Of a stretch of 64,000 bases of DNA, positions 39,601-47,410 are shown piece after piece. The DNA is taken from positions 1,109-65,108 of the forward strand of contig JBDHHP010000029.1 in assembly GCA_039589275.1 (NCBI GenBank), written 5' to 3'. A model generated the notes under the pieces. The model saw nothing but the letters and a program-made list of their open reading frames with translations. It had not been told where the DNA came from and ran no database searches. The number at the start of each line of letters is the position of its first letter. Position 1 is the stretch's first letter. A program made the position numbers and the translations under genes. Origin of the DNA: Gemmatimonadota bacterium (GTDB taxonomy: Bacteria > Gemmatimonadota > Gemmatimonadetes > Gemmatimonadales > GWC2-71-9).

Positions 39601-39998
39601 CGCTGGGCGTTGTTCTCGCCCGTGCCCACCCATACGACGTGCGGGTTGTTCGGGTCGACTACCACCTCGCCGATCGAATACGAGGCTTGACTATCGAAGA
39701 GCGGCGAGAACGACGTGCCGGCATTGGTGGTCTTCCACAAGCCGCCCGACGCAGCGGCCACGTACCAGGTCGACCGTTTGGTCGGGTGAATCGCGATGTC
39801 GCTGATACGACCGGACACCACCGATGGCCCGATAGATCGGAATTTCAAACCGCCCACAGCCCTGCTCAGAGGATCGCGCTGATCGCTCGAGTCAGAATCC
39901 TCGTCGCCACGCTGGGCTACCGCTGCGCTCGCGGCAAGTGTGAGAAACGCCACCATCCCGATGGCTGCAGTGATCAGTACGGCTCTACGAGAGTACAT
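36699..39998 (-). CDS. large secreted BNR/Asp-box (sortilin/VPS10-like) repeat protein
   Basis: From ORF 36699..40211. An AAGAGGTGGG lies before the ATG at 39998 (MYSRRAVLITAAIGMVAF...). It has at least 9 SxDxGxTW-type boxes (SIDGGRSW, TTDGGETW, STDGGDTW, SDDGGKTF, SEDGGENW, among others). Confidence 0.8.
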   Translation of the reverse strand: MYSRRAVLITAAIGMVAFLTLAASAAVAQRGDEDSDSSDQRDPLSRAVGGLKFRSIGPSVVSGRISDIAIHPTKRSTWYVAAASGGLWKTTNAGTSFSPLFDSQASYSIGEVVVDPNNPHVVWVGTGENNAQRSVSYGDGVYKSIDGGRSWKNMGLKQSEHIGRILIDPRDSDHVYVASQGPVFNGGGDRGLYETTDGGETWTKILDAGEWAGVSDVVMDPRKPDVLIASTWQRARRQFAYIAGGPESGVHRSTDGGDTWTKSQRGLPSGDLGRIGLAISPVDPDVVYAIVEAAENGGFYRSQNNGVTWQRMSDRVTIGLYYQEIEADPVKVDRVYAMDTRNWISDDGGKTFEVLGERNKHVDNQALWIDPDDNNHLILGCDGGLYESFDRGATYDFFPNLPLGQFYRVEVDSTRPFYRVFGGTQDNSSFGGPSRTRTRRGGRNADWFLTQGGDGFYSRIDPINPNIVYAESQHAGLTRFNLETGERVSIRPEPAPGDPPLVWHWDAPLIISPHSPSRLYFAANVIFRSDDRGGSWEQVSPNLTKQIDRNRLKVMGRVWGVDAVAKNASTSVWNSIVSLAESPLQEGLLFAGSDDGMIQISEDGGENWRAIPSVRGVPDTTFISDIQPSWHDVNTVYVAFDNHKVGDYKPYVARSTDLGRSWELIQSDLPERGTAYTILEDYKDPNLLFAGTEFGIYFSNNGGEKWTRLRGGLPTIYVRDMVFQTQHDDLVIATFGRGFYVLDDLEALRALTPEFVASEGGLLPVNRVPLFVQSNPDPSWQGERFAAFDNPSAGATFHYYLKDAIRTRRATRQRAEAAARRRGEDVFYPSWDSLRVEDLEENPQMMLTVTDQEGRTVRRLTGRTSAGVTKVSWDLRYPSANPIRATGGGSGSGGFGGSGGGPYVVPGTYTVSLAKVVDGVTTPLGQPQSFEVYPLDDVATPRSSTVLAFQQQTAALQRAVLGASAAAGEAMNRIGLLKRALMQTPTAGTELNDELRAIEDSVRAIQWAMGGDPTVRRRREATPPSLMTRLGRITGGAFSGALHDVTGFQREQYDIVAAEFGGILERLRRSIDVDLKRIEQSAEAAGAPWTSGRIPNWRP

Positions 39999-40211
39999 GG
40001 GTATCCCACCTCTTCGTGATAGACATGGGGTGTGTCGAGCCCGGCGGAAGACCGGGTCATTGACGCATGGAAAGTACTGCCGCGAGCAGGCGTGTGCACG
40101 CTCTGAGCGACACGTATCTGGCTCAGAGACAGGTGCGTGTTTCTGCACCGCCTTGGAACACTCTCGATGCCTAGACGCGGAGGCCCCGCAAGCTTCTGGT
40201 CGATAGCCCAT

Positions 40212-40238
40212 GAGGGTTCAAATCCCTCCGCCGGAACC
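40212..40238 (+). other. isolated tRNA-like T-arm plus acceptor 3-prime strand fragment
   Basis: GAGGG TTCAAAT CCCTC CGCCGGA A CC. It has a 5-bp T-stem, a canonical 7-nt T-loop and a 7-nt acceptor-like strand. No matching 5-prime acceptor strand, D-arm or anticodon arm lies upstream. Confidence 0.3.
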
Positions 40239-40382
40239 GCCACATCATTTGCCGCGATCGTGGTCCAATCGATCGCCCTCTCCAAACCGAGCGTGGAGAG
40301 ATAAGTTGTACCGGTCAACCACGCGCCAATAACCCCGGCTCAAGCCGGGGGTCGAGAACGGAAACATCAGGAAGTCGCAACC

Positions 40383-41519
40383 ATGAACGTTCAAGTCAGA
40401 CAAATCGACTCCAGATCCGACCGGAGGAAGTTCGTGAAGGTGCCCTGGGTCACACAGCGAAGTGATCCCAAGTGGGTGCCGCCGCTCATGGCGGACGTGC
40501 TGGACACCCTCAGCCCGCGCAAGAATCCCTTCTTTGAGCACGGATCGGCGTCGTTGTTCTTGGCCGAACGCGAGAACGGTGATGCCGTAGGCCGGATCAC
40601 TGCCCACACCAACACTCTGCACAACGAGTACCACAAGGACAAGGCCGGATTCTTCGGATTCTTCGAGTGCGTCGACGATGAAACAGTGTCTGCCGCTCTC
40701 TTTGAGGCCGCCGAGGATTGGTTGCTGCAGCAGGGTTGTGACAAGGCGCTGGGGCCGGAGAGCCTCTCGACCAACGAAGAAGTGGGGTTGCTGGTGGAGG
40801 ATCGCAAAGGTCCGCGTATGCTACTCTGCGCACAGAGCCCGCCTCACTATATGCGACTCCTCGAGTCTGCTGGTTACGAGAAAGCCAAAGACCTATTCGG
40901 CTGGCATTACGAGGTCGGCAAGATATCCGACGAGGCGATGAAGATCGCCATGGCTGTGGAGAAGCACCCCGATCTGACTGTGCGTCAAGCAGATCCCAAG
41001 CATCTGGAGCGCGACGTCCACATTGTCCGCGAGGTCTTCAACGCCGCTTGGAGCAAGAACTGGGGTTACGTGCCGTGGACCGACAACGAGGTCAAGCACG
41101 GGGCCAAAGCCATGGGAATGATCTTGGCGCCAGAGATCACGGCCATCGCCGAAGTCGAGGGTAAACCGGCAGGGATCATGATAGCGCTTCCCAACATCAA
41201 CGAGGTCATCGCGGACCTAGATGGCCGTCTGTTCCCGACCGGTCTGATCAAGCTGATCTGGCGGCTGAAGCTGAAGGGTCACCGCTTCAACTCGGGAAGG
41301 CTGCTGTTGCTCGGTATCAAGCCCGAGTTTCGCGGCAGCGCGCTTGGCGGGTTGAGCGTCTTACTGTACGTTCACGCTCATCGCGGTGCTGAGAAGCTGG
41401 GCATAAAGGTGGGCGAGCTGGGCTGGACGCTGGAGGACAACGAGAAGATCAACACCGGCATTCAGTTCATGGGAGGGCGCATCGGCAAGGTGTATCGGAT
41501 CTACGGGAAGGACCTCTAG
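40383..41519 (+). CDS. GNAT-like N-acetyltransferase family protein (~380 aa class)
   Basis: 378 aa. The C-terminal part (LLLLGIKPEFRGSALGG...ELGWTLEDN) looks like an acetyltransferase fold. The family call is tentative. Confidence 0.5.
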   Translation: MNVQVRQIDSRSDRRKFVKVPWVTQRSDPKWVPPLMADVLDTLSPRKNPFFEHGSASLFLAERENGDAVGRITAHTNTLHNEYHKDKAGFFGFFECVDDETVSAALFEAAEDWLLQQGCDKALGPESLSTNEEVGLLVEDRKGPRMLLCAQSPPHYMRLLESAGYEKAKDLFGWHYEVGKISDEAMKIAMAVEKHPDLTVRQADPKHLERDVHIVREVFNAAWSKNWGYVPWTDNEVKHGAKAMGMILAPEITAIAEVEGKPAGIMIALPNINEVIADLDGRLFPTGLIKLIWRLKLKGHRFNSGRLLLLGIKPEFRGSALGGLSVLLYVHAHRGAEKLGIKVGELGWTLEDNEKINTGIQFMGGRIGKVYRIYGKDL

Positions 41520-41540
41520 TTCACTCCCGGTTTACCCGCT

Positions 41541-42050
41541 TCAGAAGCGAATCAAAGCGGCCACGCCAAAGCTCTCGCGCAGCCCCGTCGGGGCCAATGC
41601 CAACCGATCGAGGGAAACTTCCTCCCAATCCTCGTAGTTGATCAGCAATCCGGCAACGAAACCCAACGCGGCGCCGGCCGCTGCATACCAGCCGGTCGTT
41701 CCGAGCATCACACTCGTTGCCCCTCCAACAACGGAGCCGATGCCCGCACCCTTGCCCACTCCGAGCGCCGTCCTGCCCAAGTAAAGGTCCAGGTGCCTGA
41801 CGGAATCCAGCGGCAGGGCCATCCGGGCGCCTAACGCTTCGTCAATCAGTACCACTCTGGTGGTGTCGGCGCTGACGAAGTCGCCAATGTGCTTGGGGCA
41901 TCTGATGCCACGCCCAATGGAGGTATTCGTGGCAAACTGCCGGCACCCTTTCCTTACCCGGACTCGCTCACCCGGTTCGACTGGATTCTCCTGGGCCGAC
42001 GAGGGCGATACGGCAAAGCAGAGAGCAATCGTCACGAACGCAGCGCGCAT
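41541..42050 (-). CDS. hypothetical secreted protein with Gly-zipper region and C-terminal Phe
   Basis: From ORF 41541..42125. A GAGGAG lies 7 nt before the ATG at 42050. Signal MRAAFVTIALCFAVSPSSAQ, then GVGKGAGIGSVVGG..., ending in ...LIRF. Confidence 0.45.
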   Translation of the reverse strand: MRAAFVTIALCFAVSPSSAQENPVEPGERVRVRKGCRQFATNTSIGRGIRCPKHIGDFVSADTTRVVLIDEALGARMALPLDSVRHLDLYLGRTALGVGKGAGIGSVVGGATSVMLGTTGWYAAAGAALGFVAGLLINYEDWEEVSLDRLALAPTGLRESFGVAALIRF

Positions 42051-42350
42051 GGCTTGCTCCTCGGGAGTCTCCTCCGGATAGGTGATGCCAGGCGTTGAGA
42101 GTCCCGTCTGCCCGGATATGTCCATGGTATGCCGTGAGCAACAACGGGGCGGACTGAAGAGTTCCGCCGGGCCGGACGAGGGCGGCGCCGCGCGTCACCA
42201 CCCCGCCGGAGGGTGAGGGACGGTGGAGGGCTAGCGCTGCAGATGTTCTGCATGCGTTTGCACCACCCCCGCACCATTGACTCGGCCACGGGATCTACCA
42301 TAGGTTACCGTACGACTTGCGAGATCGCGTGGCCACTTCGCTACGTCCGA

Positions 42351-42387
42351 AGGCCGGGGGCGAACATGTTCCCCGGCCTTTGCGTTG
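42351..42387 (+). terminator. plus-strand-oriented intrinsic-terminator-like hairpin with no plus-strand gene upstream
   Basis: AGGCCGGGG gcgaacatgtt CCCCGGCCT, followed by TTTGCGTTG. It lies between two minus-strand genes (42430..43521 and 41541..42050). Confidence 0.4.
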
Positions 42388-42429
42388 CTCCGTCTTCCAC
42401 CGTCTGGTGTGGTGTAGACACGGACGGGT

Positions 42430-43521
42430 CTATTGGGCCACAAACTTCTGCACCCGCTGCCCCGTATCAACCTCTGTCGTGTAGACGTTGCCGTGTGAAT
42501 CCACAGCAACACTGTGCACCCAGTGGAACTGCCCGGCGTAGCGCCCACTGCGACCGAAGTGGTCCAGTACTGTGAGCTCCGCTCGATTCAGGATCCAAAC
42601 TCGATCGTTCGTGCCATCGGTCACGTACATGTATGTCTGTTCCGTGTCCGGTGAGAAGTCCACGTCCCAGGCAGATCCCATTGACAGCGTCGGCTTAGCG
42701 ATCACAACCTCTGTCAGGAACTCGCCGTCCCTCTGAAACACTTGCACCCGGTTGTTCACCCGGTCGGCAACGTAGACCCGGCCGTCGTGCGACAGGCGCA
42801 CGGCGTGCGTTGGTGTTCTGAAAGACCGCAGTGGCGCCGCGGTGGGATCGTAGGCAGCGAGTTCGCCATCGTGGGGTGGATCGCCGTACGCGCCCCAATG
42901 GCGTTTGTATTCGCCGGTCTCGGCATCGAACACGATGATGCGGCGGTTGCCGTAGCCGTCGGCGATGTAGACCTCGTTCGTCTCAGGATCGACGGCGATA
43001 TCGGCGGGGCTGCCCAGCAGCCGCGGGTCGTTGCTGCCACCGGTCTCGCCGAACTCGCCAAGCTGCAGCAACTGCTGCCCGTCACGTGTGAACTTGAGCA
43101 CCACGTGGCTGGTGCCGCCGATCCATACGTTGTCACTGTGATCCACGGAGATGCCGTGTTCCGACTCGGGCCAGGCCTGCGACGACTGCTTACCGCCCCA
43201 GGCTTGCACCATCTGCCCGGCTTGATCGAACTCGATCACCGGTGGTGCTGGAATACAGCACTCGGAGATGGGTGGCTGCTGCGCGGCACCTGTGTCTGTA
43301 GGCGTCAGGCTACTGGGACGGTGCAGCACCCAGACGTGATCCCGGGAATCCACGGCCACGCCGGACACTTGACCCATAATCCAACTGTGCGGAAGCGGCT
43401 GAGGCCAGAACGGATCGACCTGGAAAGACGGGGGGCCCGGCTTGGGCGGGTATGACGAGATGCTGACAAGAACAAAGGTCGCGAGACCGACTGGGACAAC
43501 GGCACTACGCTTCAGCTTCAT
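42430..43521 (-). CDS. NHL-repeat beta-propeller protein (peptidyl-alpha-hydroxyglycine lyase-like)
   Basis: From ORF 42430..43674. An AAGGAG lies 7 nt before the ATG at 43521 (MKLKRSAVVPVGLATFVLV). It has repeated ..V.VD..G.V.V.DR.N.R.Q.F-type blades. Confidence 0.7.
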   Translation of the reverse strand: MKLKRSAVVPVGLATFVLVSISSYPPKPGPPSFQVDPFWPQPLPHSWIMGQVSGVAVDSRDHVWVLHRPSSLTPTDTGAAQQPPISECCIPAPPVIEFDQAGQMVQAWGGKQSSQAWPESEHGISVDHSDNVWIGGTSHVVLKFTRDGQQLLQLGEFGETGGSNDPRLLGSPADIAVDPETNEVYIADGYGNRRIIVFDAETGEYKRHWGAYGDPPHDGELAAYDPTAAPLRSFRTPTHAVRLSHDGRVYVADRVNNRVQVFQRDGEFLTEVVIAKPTLSMGSAWDVDFSPDTEQTYMYVTDGTNDRVWILNRAELTVLDHFGRSGRYAGQFHWVHSVAVDSHGNVYTTEVDTGQRVQKFVAQ

Positions 43522-43630
43522 GGTCGACTCCTTGTTGCGGCTCGGCGTGGTCCCGTGGAGCTTAAGGTGAGCCCGTAGGCTCGGTCGCGCTAGATGTTTG
43601 GACCTCACCCATCTCCACCAAATGGACGAG

Positions 43631-43660
43631 GGCGGTGGACGACGGTAAGGGACGGTGGAC
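43631..43660. repeat. three tandem 10-nt units (GGCGGTGGAC GACGGTAAGG GACGGTGGAC) flanked by inverted TCTCCACC boxes
   Basis: Read directly from the sequence. TCTCCACC occurs at 43612-43619 and 43675-43682 and is complementary to the GGTGGA cores. It lies in the divergent promoter gap 43522..43791. Confidence 0.6.
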
Positions 43661-43791
43661 AGAACACCATTCATTCTCCACCGTCTCTCACCACCTTCCC
43701 GTAGCCGGAGCGGCGATGCAGTGGCGAAGCCGCGGCAAGGCCATCATCTTATGCCCTGACAATTCACCTCTCATACCCGGAGCAAGCTTCG

Positions 43792-45309
43792 ATGCGTACC
43801 CTGCACTTCCTGGCCCTTGCGTCCTCGCTCCTCGCCATCACCGCCTGTGCGCCCGAGTCAGAAGAGACAACTGACTTGAGCGCAGCTCTCATAGCGCGCG
43901 GCGCCGAGTTCGAGCTGGACACCGAATGGGAGACTCCACCCGGTGATCCGATGGAACACGCTACTGCAGGATTCGCCAAGATCCTCTGCTCGGCACTGTT
44001 CGTTACGGGATTGGACCTCGCTGAGGCCGCGGAGAAAGTCGGTTACTTCGTGTCGAAACCGGAAGAGAGGGCCATCGTCACCGACACCGTGGTGGATATG
44101 GAGTCGCAGACGGTACGGCTTGGCCTTGCAAGCGGCGTGACGCGCGCAGCCAGGTTCTTCGGCGATCAGGGTTGTGTGATCCTGCCACCGGGTGAAAACG
44201 ACGTGAATTTCACGCCGGTGGAAGTCGAATCCGCCCTGCCGGACGCGATGAGCCAGCCATGGCCCATGGGCGACGTGCTCTCTGATGCGCCACTGCCTGC
44301 CGAGGTGGACGCCGCCAAGGTCTTGGCCGCGGTCGACTCAGCCTTCGAGCCACCTGACGGCCTGACCGCAGCGTTCGTGGTCGTTCACAAAGGTCGCATC
44401 ATCGGCGAGCGCTACGGAGAGGAAATCGACAAGGACACACAACTCGAGAGCTGGTCAATGGGTAAGAGCCTCATCGGCACGCTGATGGGTACGTTGATTC
44501 AGCAAGGCGTGTACGAGCTGTGGCAGCCCGCGCCGATCGACGCGTGGCATGAAGATCCAGATGACCCGCGCGCAGCAATACGCATTGGCGATATCATGCG
44601 CATGTCCTCCGGTCTCCGTTTCGTTGCGCCACAGGATCCCGACTACGAACTCGAATACGGATATCCTCAAGGCTATCCGGACCACCTTTACGTCTATACT
44701 GGTGCCATTAACTCATTCGAGTGGGCCATCACTCGACCGGCCCAGTGGCCGCCCAATACAGTGGGGCGTTACCGCAACTCCGATCCTCTGTCGACCAACT
44801 ACCTAGTTCGCAAAGGCGTTGAACAGGTATTGGGTCAGGATTATCACACCTACCCGCAGCGCGCCCTGTTCGACAAGATCGGAATTCGCAAGATGGTGCT
44901 GGAGACCGATCCCTACGGCAACTTCCTTACGCAGGGCTTCGAGTACGGCACCGGCCGCAACTGGGCTCGTTTGGGCATGTTGTATCTACGGGACGGAGTC
45001 TGGGACGGCGAGCGGATTCTACCGGAGGGTTGGGTGGAGTACGCCAGTGCCGTGGCACCCGCCTGGGAGGCCGACGGCCGGCCCATCTACGGCGGCTCGT
45101 TCTTCTGGATCAATGGCACCCAATCGTTCCCAGTACCAGCGGAAGCGTTTTATATGGCAGGCGCCGGCGGCCAATACACCATCGTCATACCATCGCACGA
45201 CATGGTAGTGGTGCGTCTGGGACATGCCAAAGGAGCGGGACCCGGTGGCCGCGCACTGAGACGCGCCCTGTCGTTGCTGATGGAAGCGGTGCCACCGGTC
45301 AACGAATAA
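43792..45309 (+). CDS. serine hydrolase, beta-lactamase/PBP-related family, lipoprotein
   Basis: Signal ...LLAITAC. An SxxK motif in WSMGKSL. 505 aa. Confidence 0.75.
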   Translation: MRTLHFLALASSLLAITACAPESEETTDLSAALIARGAEFELDTEWETPPGDPMEHATAGFAKILCSALFVTGLDLAEAAEKVGYFVSKPEERAIVTDTVVDMESQTVRLGLASGVTRAARFFGDQGCVILPPGENDVNFTPVEVESALPDAMSQPWPMGDVLSDAPLPAEVDAAKVLAAVDSAFEPPDGLTAAFVVVHKGRIIGERYGEEIDKDTQLESWSMGKSLIGTLMGTLIQQGVYELWQPAPIDAWHEDPDDPRAAIRIGDIMRMSSGLRFVAPQDPDYELEYGYPQGYPDHLYVYTGAINSFEWAITRPAQWPPNTVGRYRNSDPLSTNYLVRKGVEQVLGQDYHTYPQRALFDKIGIRKMVLETDPYGNFLTQGFEYGTGRNWARLGMLYLRDGVWDGERILPEGWVEYASAVAPAWEADGRPIYGGSFFWINGTQSFPVPAEAFYMAGAGGQYTIVIPSHDMVVVRLGHAKGAGPGGRALRRALSLLMEAVPPVNE

Positions 45310-45324
45310 ACACGTAGCTTACCG

Positions 45325-46869
45325 TCAAGGCACCTGGCGCACCACTGCACTGGCGGCGGCAGCCAATATCTCGACCGCCCGGAACACGTGACCCAAACGC
45401 ACGTTCTCGTTCCGGGCGTGTTGATTGTTGTCGTGGTTCACCGTGGGAACGACCACGAACGGCGCACCGAGGATCTCGGTATAGACATATGCCGGCCCTG
45501 AGCCTCCCATAGTGGGACTGACAACCGGAACTCCTAGACCCACACCTTCCAGCGAAGCGACCAACCCTCGCGCGGCTGCCGATGAGAGTGGCGTGCGGCC
45601 GGCGGGATAGCCGCCGCGCGCCTCGACCATGAGGAGGCGCGGCGTACTGACTCGCGTGATCGAGTCGGGCTCCTCTCTAACGACCGTGTATCCCTGCCGC
45701 TCGACGTGGCGTACCAGTTTCTCCACCTGAACTCCCGGATGGTTTCCAGAAACCAAGCGGAGATCAAGCTCGGCAACTGCAACATCCGGAATCGCCGTAC
45801 GAGCCTGTGCACCGACGAACAGGCTCTGTAATCCACGTACGTTGAGAGACGGCCGCGCCACCATTTCGAGCCGCTTGCCGCCTCTGCCATCTAGCGACCC
45901 CAGCTGAAGCTGCGCTCTGCGAAGATCGTCGTCATGAGGATACGCGTCCAGCGCCGCCTGCTCCGCCGGACCCAGCGGCACCATGTCGTCTTCCCAGCCT
46001 TCCACCAGCACCTCACCGTCCGGACCCTTCATTGTGGCGAGTAGCTGCGCTAAGCGCATGGCGGGATTTGGTACCCAGTTCCCGTAGTGTCCCGAATGGA
46101 GCGGAACGATGGGGCCGTACAGCGTGAGCCGCACGCTCACCATGCCGCGCAAACCAAAGTCCGCCGTTGGACGCCCCGACGGATGGATGGGACCGTCCGC
46201 CATTACGACTAAGTCGGCCGAGAACAGCTCGCGATGCTCACGCATCAGATCATCCAGATGCGGTGATCCCGCTTCTTCTTCACCCTCGAACAGGAACTTG
46301 ATTCTATTCGGGGGCGTGATCCCCGCTTCGCGCCACGCGTCGAGCACGTGCATCAACGCCACAATAGGGGATTTGTCATCGCTGGCCGACCGCGCGAACA
46401 TGCGCCAGTCAGACTCCACCAGATCGCCTGGCTCTGGCCAAGCCTCAATCACCTGCCCGCCGGCCTCCATCGACTCGGTGCGCAACACCGCCATCCAGGG
46501 CGACTGCTGCTCCCACCCACCGGGATCAGCCGGCTGGCCGTCGTAGTGGCAGTAAAACAAAACCGTCGGCAACTCAGCATCACCGATCTCGCCGTATACA
46601 ACCGGCGGTCCTCCGGCTCTCAGCAACCGGGTGCTGATTCCGCGTCGCTGCATCATCTCAACCAACGCTACCGCATTGCGCTCGATATTTGCGGAATCCG
46701 ATGCAACGTTTGGTATTGCGAGGAAGTCCCGCAATTCGGCCACGATTTCCGCGCGGTGAACGTCGGTGTACTGTCGGGCGGCCTCTACTGGGTGTTGTGC
46801 GGACAGTGCGCCGGTAGCACCGAGCAGCAACAGGGCTGACGCCATTGAGACTGGACTCTTGAACATCAT
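45325..46869 (-). CDS. M20 family dipeptidase/carboxypeptidase, secreted
   Basis: From ORF 45325..46935. An ACGAGGA lies before the ATG at 46869 (MMFKSPVSMASALLLLG). Contains YCHYDGQP, ARSASDDKSP, FEGEEE.GS and a conserved C-terminal half. Confidence 0.85.
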   Translation of the reverse strand: MMFKSPVSMASALLLLGATGALSAQHPVEAARQYTDVHRAEIVAELRDFLAIPNVASDSANIERNAVALVEMMQRRGISTRLLRAGGPPVVYGEIGDAELPTVLFYCHYDGQPADPGGWEQQSPWMAVLRTESMEAGGQVIEAWPEPGDLVESDWRMFARSASDDKSPIVALMHVLDAWREAGITPPNRIKFLFEGEEEAGSPHLDDLMREHRELFSADLVVMADGPIHPSGRPTADFGLRGMVSVRLTLYGPIVPLHSGHYGNWVPNPAMRLAQLLATMKGPDGEVLVEGWEDDMVPLGPAEQAALDAYPHDDDLRRAQLQLGSLDGRGGKRLEMVARPSLNVRGLQSLFVGAQARTAIPDVAVAELDLRLVSGNHPGVQVEKLVRHVERQGYTVVREEPDSITRVSTPRLLMVEARGGYPAGRTPLSSAAARGLVASLEGVGLGVPVVSPTMGGSGPAYVYTEILGAPFVVVPTVNHDNNQHARNENVRLGHVFRAVEILAAAASAVVRQVP

Positions 46870-46957
46870 TGGGTTGATCCTCGTTGGGCTGCTGCGATAG
46901 ACAACGAGCCGCTGCAGAAGCCAGGCAGCGGCCATTGCGGATGGCGTGGGTGTCTTG

Positions 46958-47410
46958 CTATTCGCCGATCAACTCCTTCACGGCGTCGATCAGCTCGTCG
47001 GGGTCTATCGGTTTGTCGATAAACTTCTCCGGCCGCACCAACCCCTCGTCTCTCATCTTGATGATCGTCTTCTTGAGACTCTCGCGCAGGCTATCGAAGG
47101 GACGCTCAAATGTATCTCCGGTAGCCTGGCTCTCGTCTTCCTCGAGCACCTCGGCTACGGCGGTGAGCATGATGACCGGGATGTCTTTGTATTCGTCCTT
47201 CCTGCGCAGCTGTTTGAACATGACGAAGCCGGTCTTCTTCGGCATCATCACATCCAACAGAATCAGATCGGGCTTTGATTCCCCGACCATCCTGAGCCCC
47301 TCGTCTCCGTCGGAAGCCGTGACCGGATCGTATCCATTTTCGCTCAGCGCAACCGAAAGGAACCTGCGTGTATTATCATCATCATCGACTACCAACACCC
47401 GCTTCGACAT
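46958..47410 (-). CDS. single-domain (CheY-like) response regulator
   Basis: A GGAGGAGG lies just before the ATG at 47410. Reads MSKRVLVVDDDD...DLILLDVMMP...MLTA.... No output domain is present. Confidence 0.85.
   Translation of the reverse strand: MSKRVLVVDDDDNTRRFLSVALSENGYDPVTASDGDEGLRMVGESKPDLILLDVMMPKKTGFVMFKQLRRKDEYKDIPVIMLTAVAEVLEEDESQATGDTFERPFDSLRESLKKTIIKMRDEGLVRPEKFIDKPIDPDELIDAVKELIGE

Noticed and set aside
40027-40240. A complete tRNA or tmRNA gene ending at the T-arm-like element.
   Set aside because: No 5-prime strand complementary to CGCCGGA lies at tRNA distance. No D-arm or anticodon arm can be folded. GGGGTGTG at 40027 has no matching 3-prime ACACCCC. No tag-peptide-like reading frame ending in a ..LAA stop is present. 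I kept it only as a fragment or structured region.
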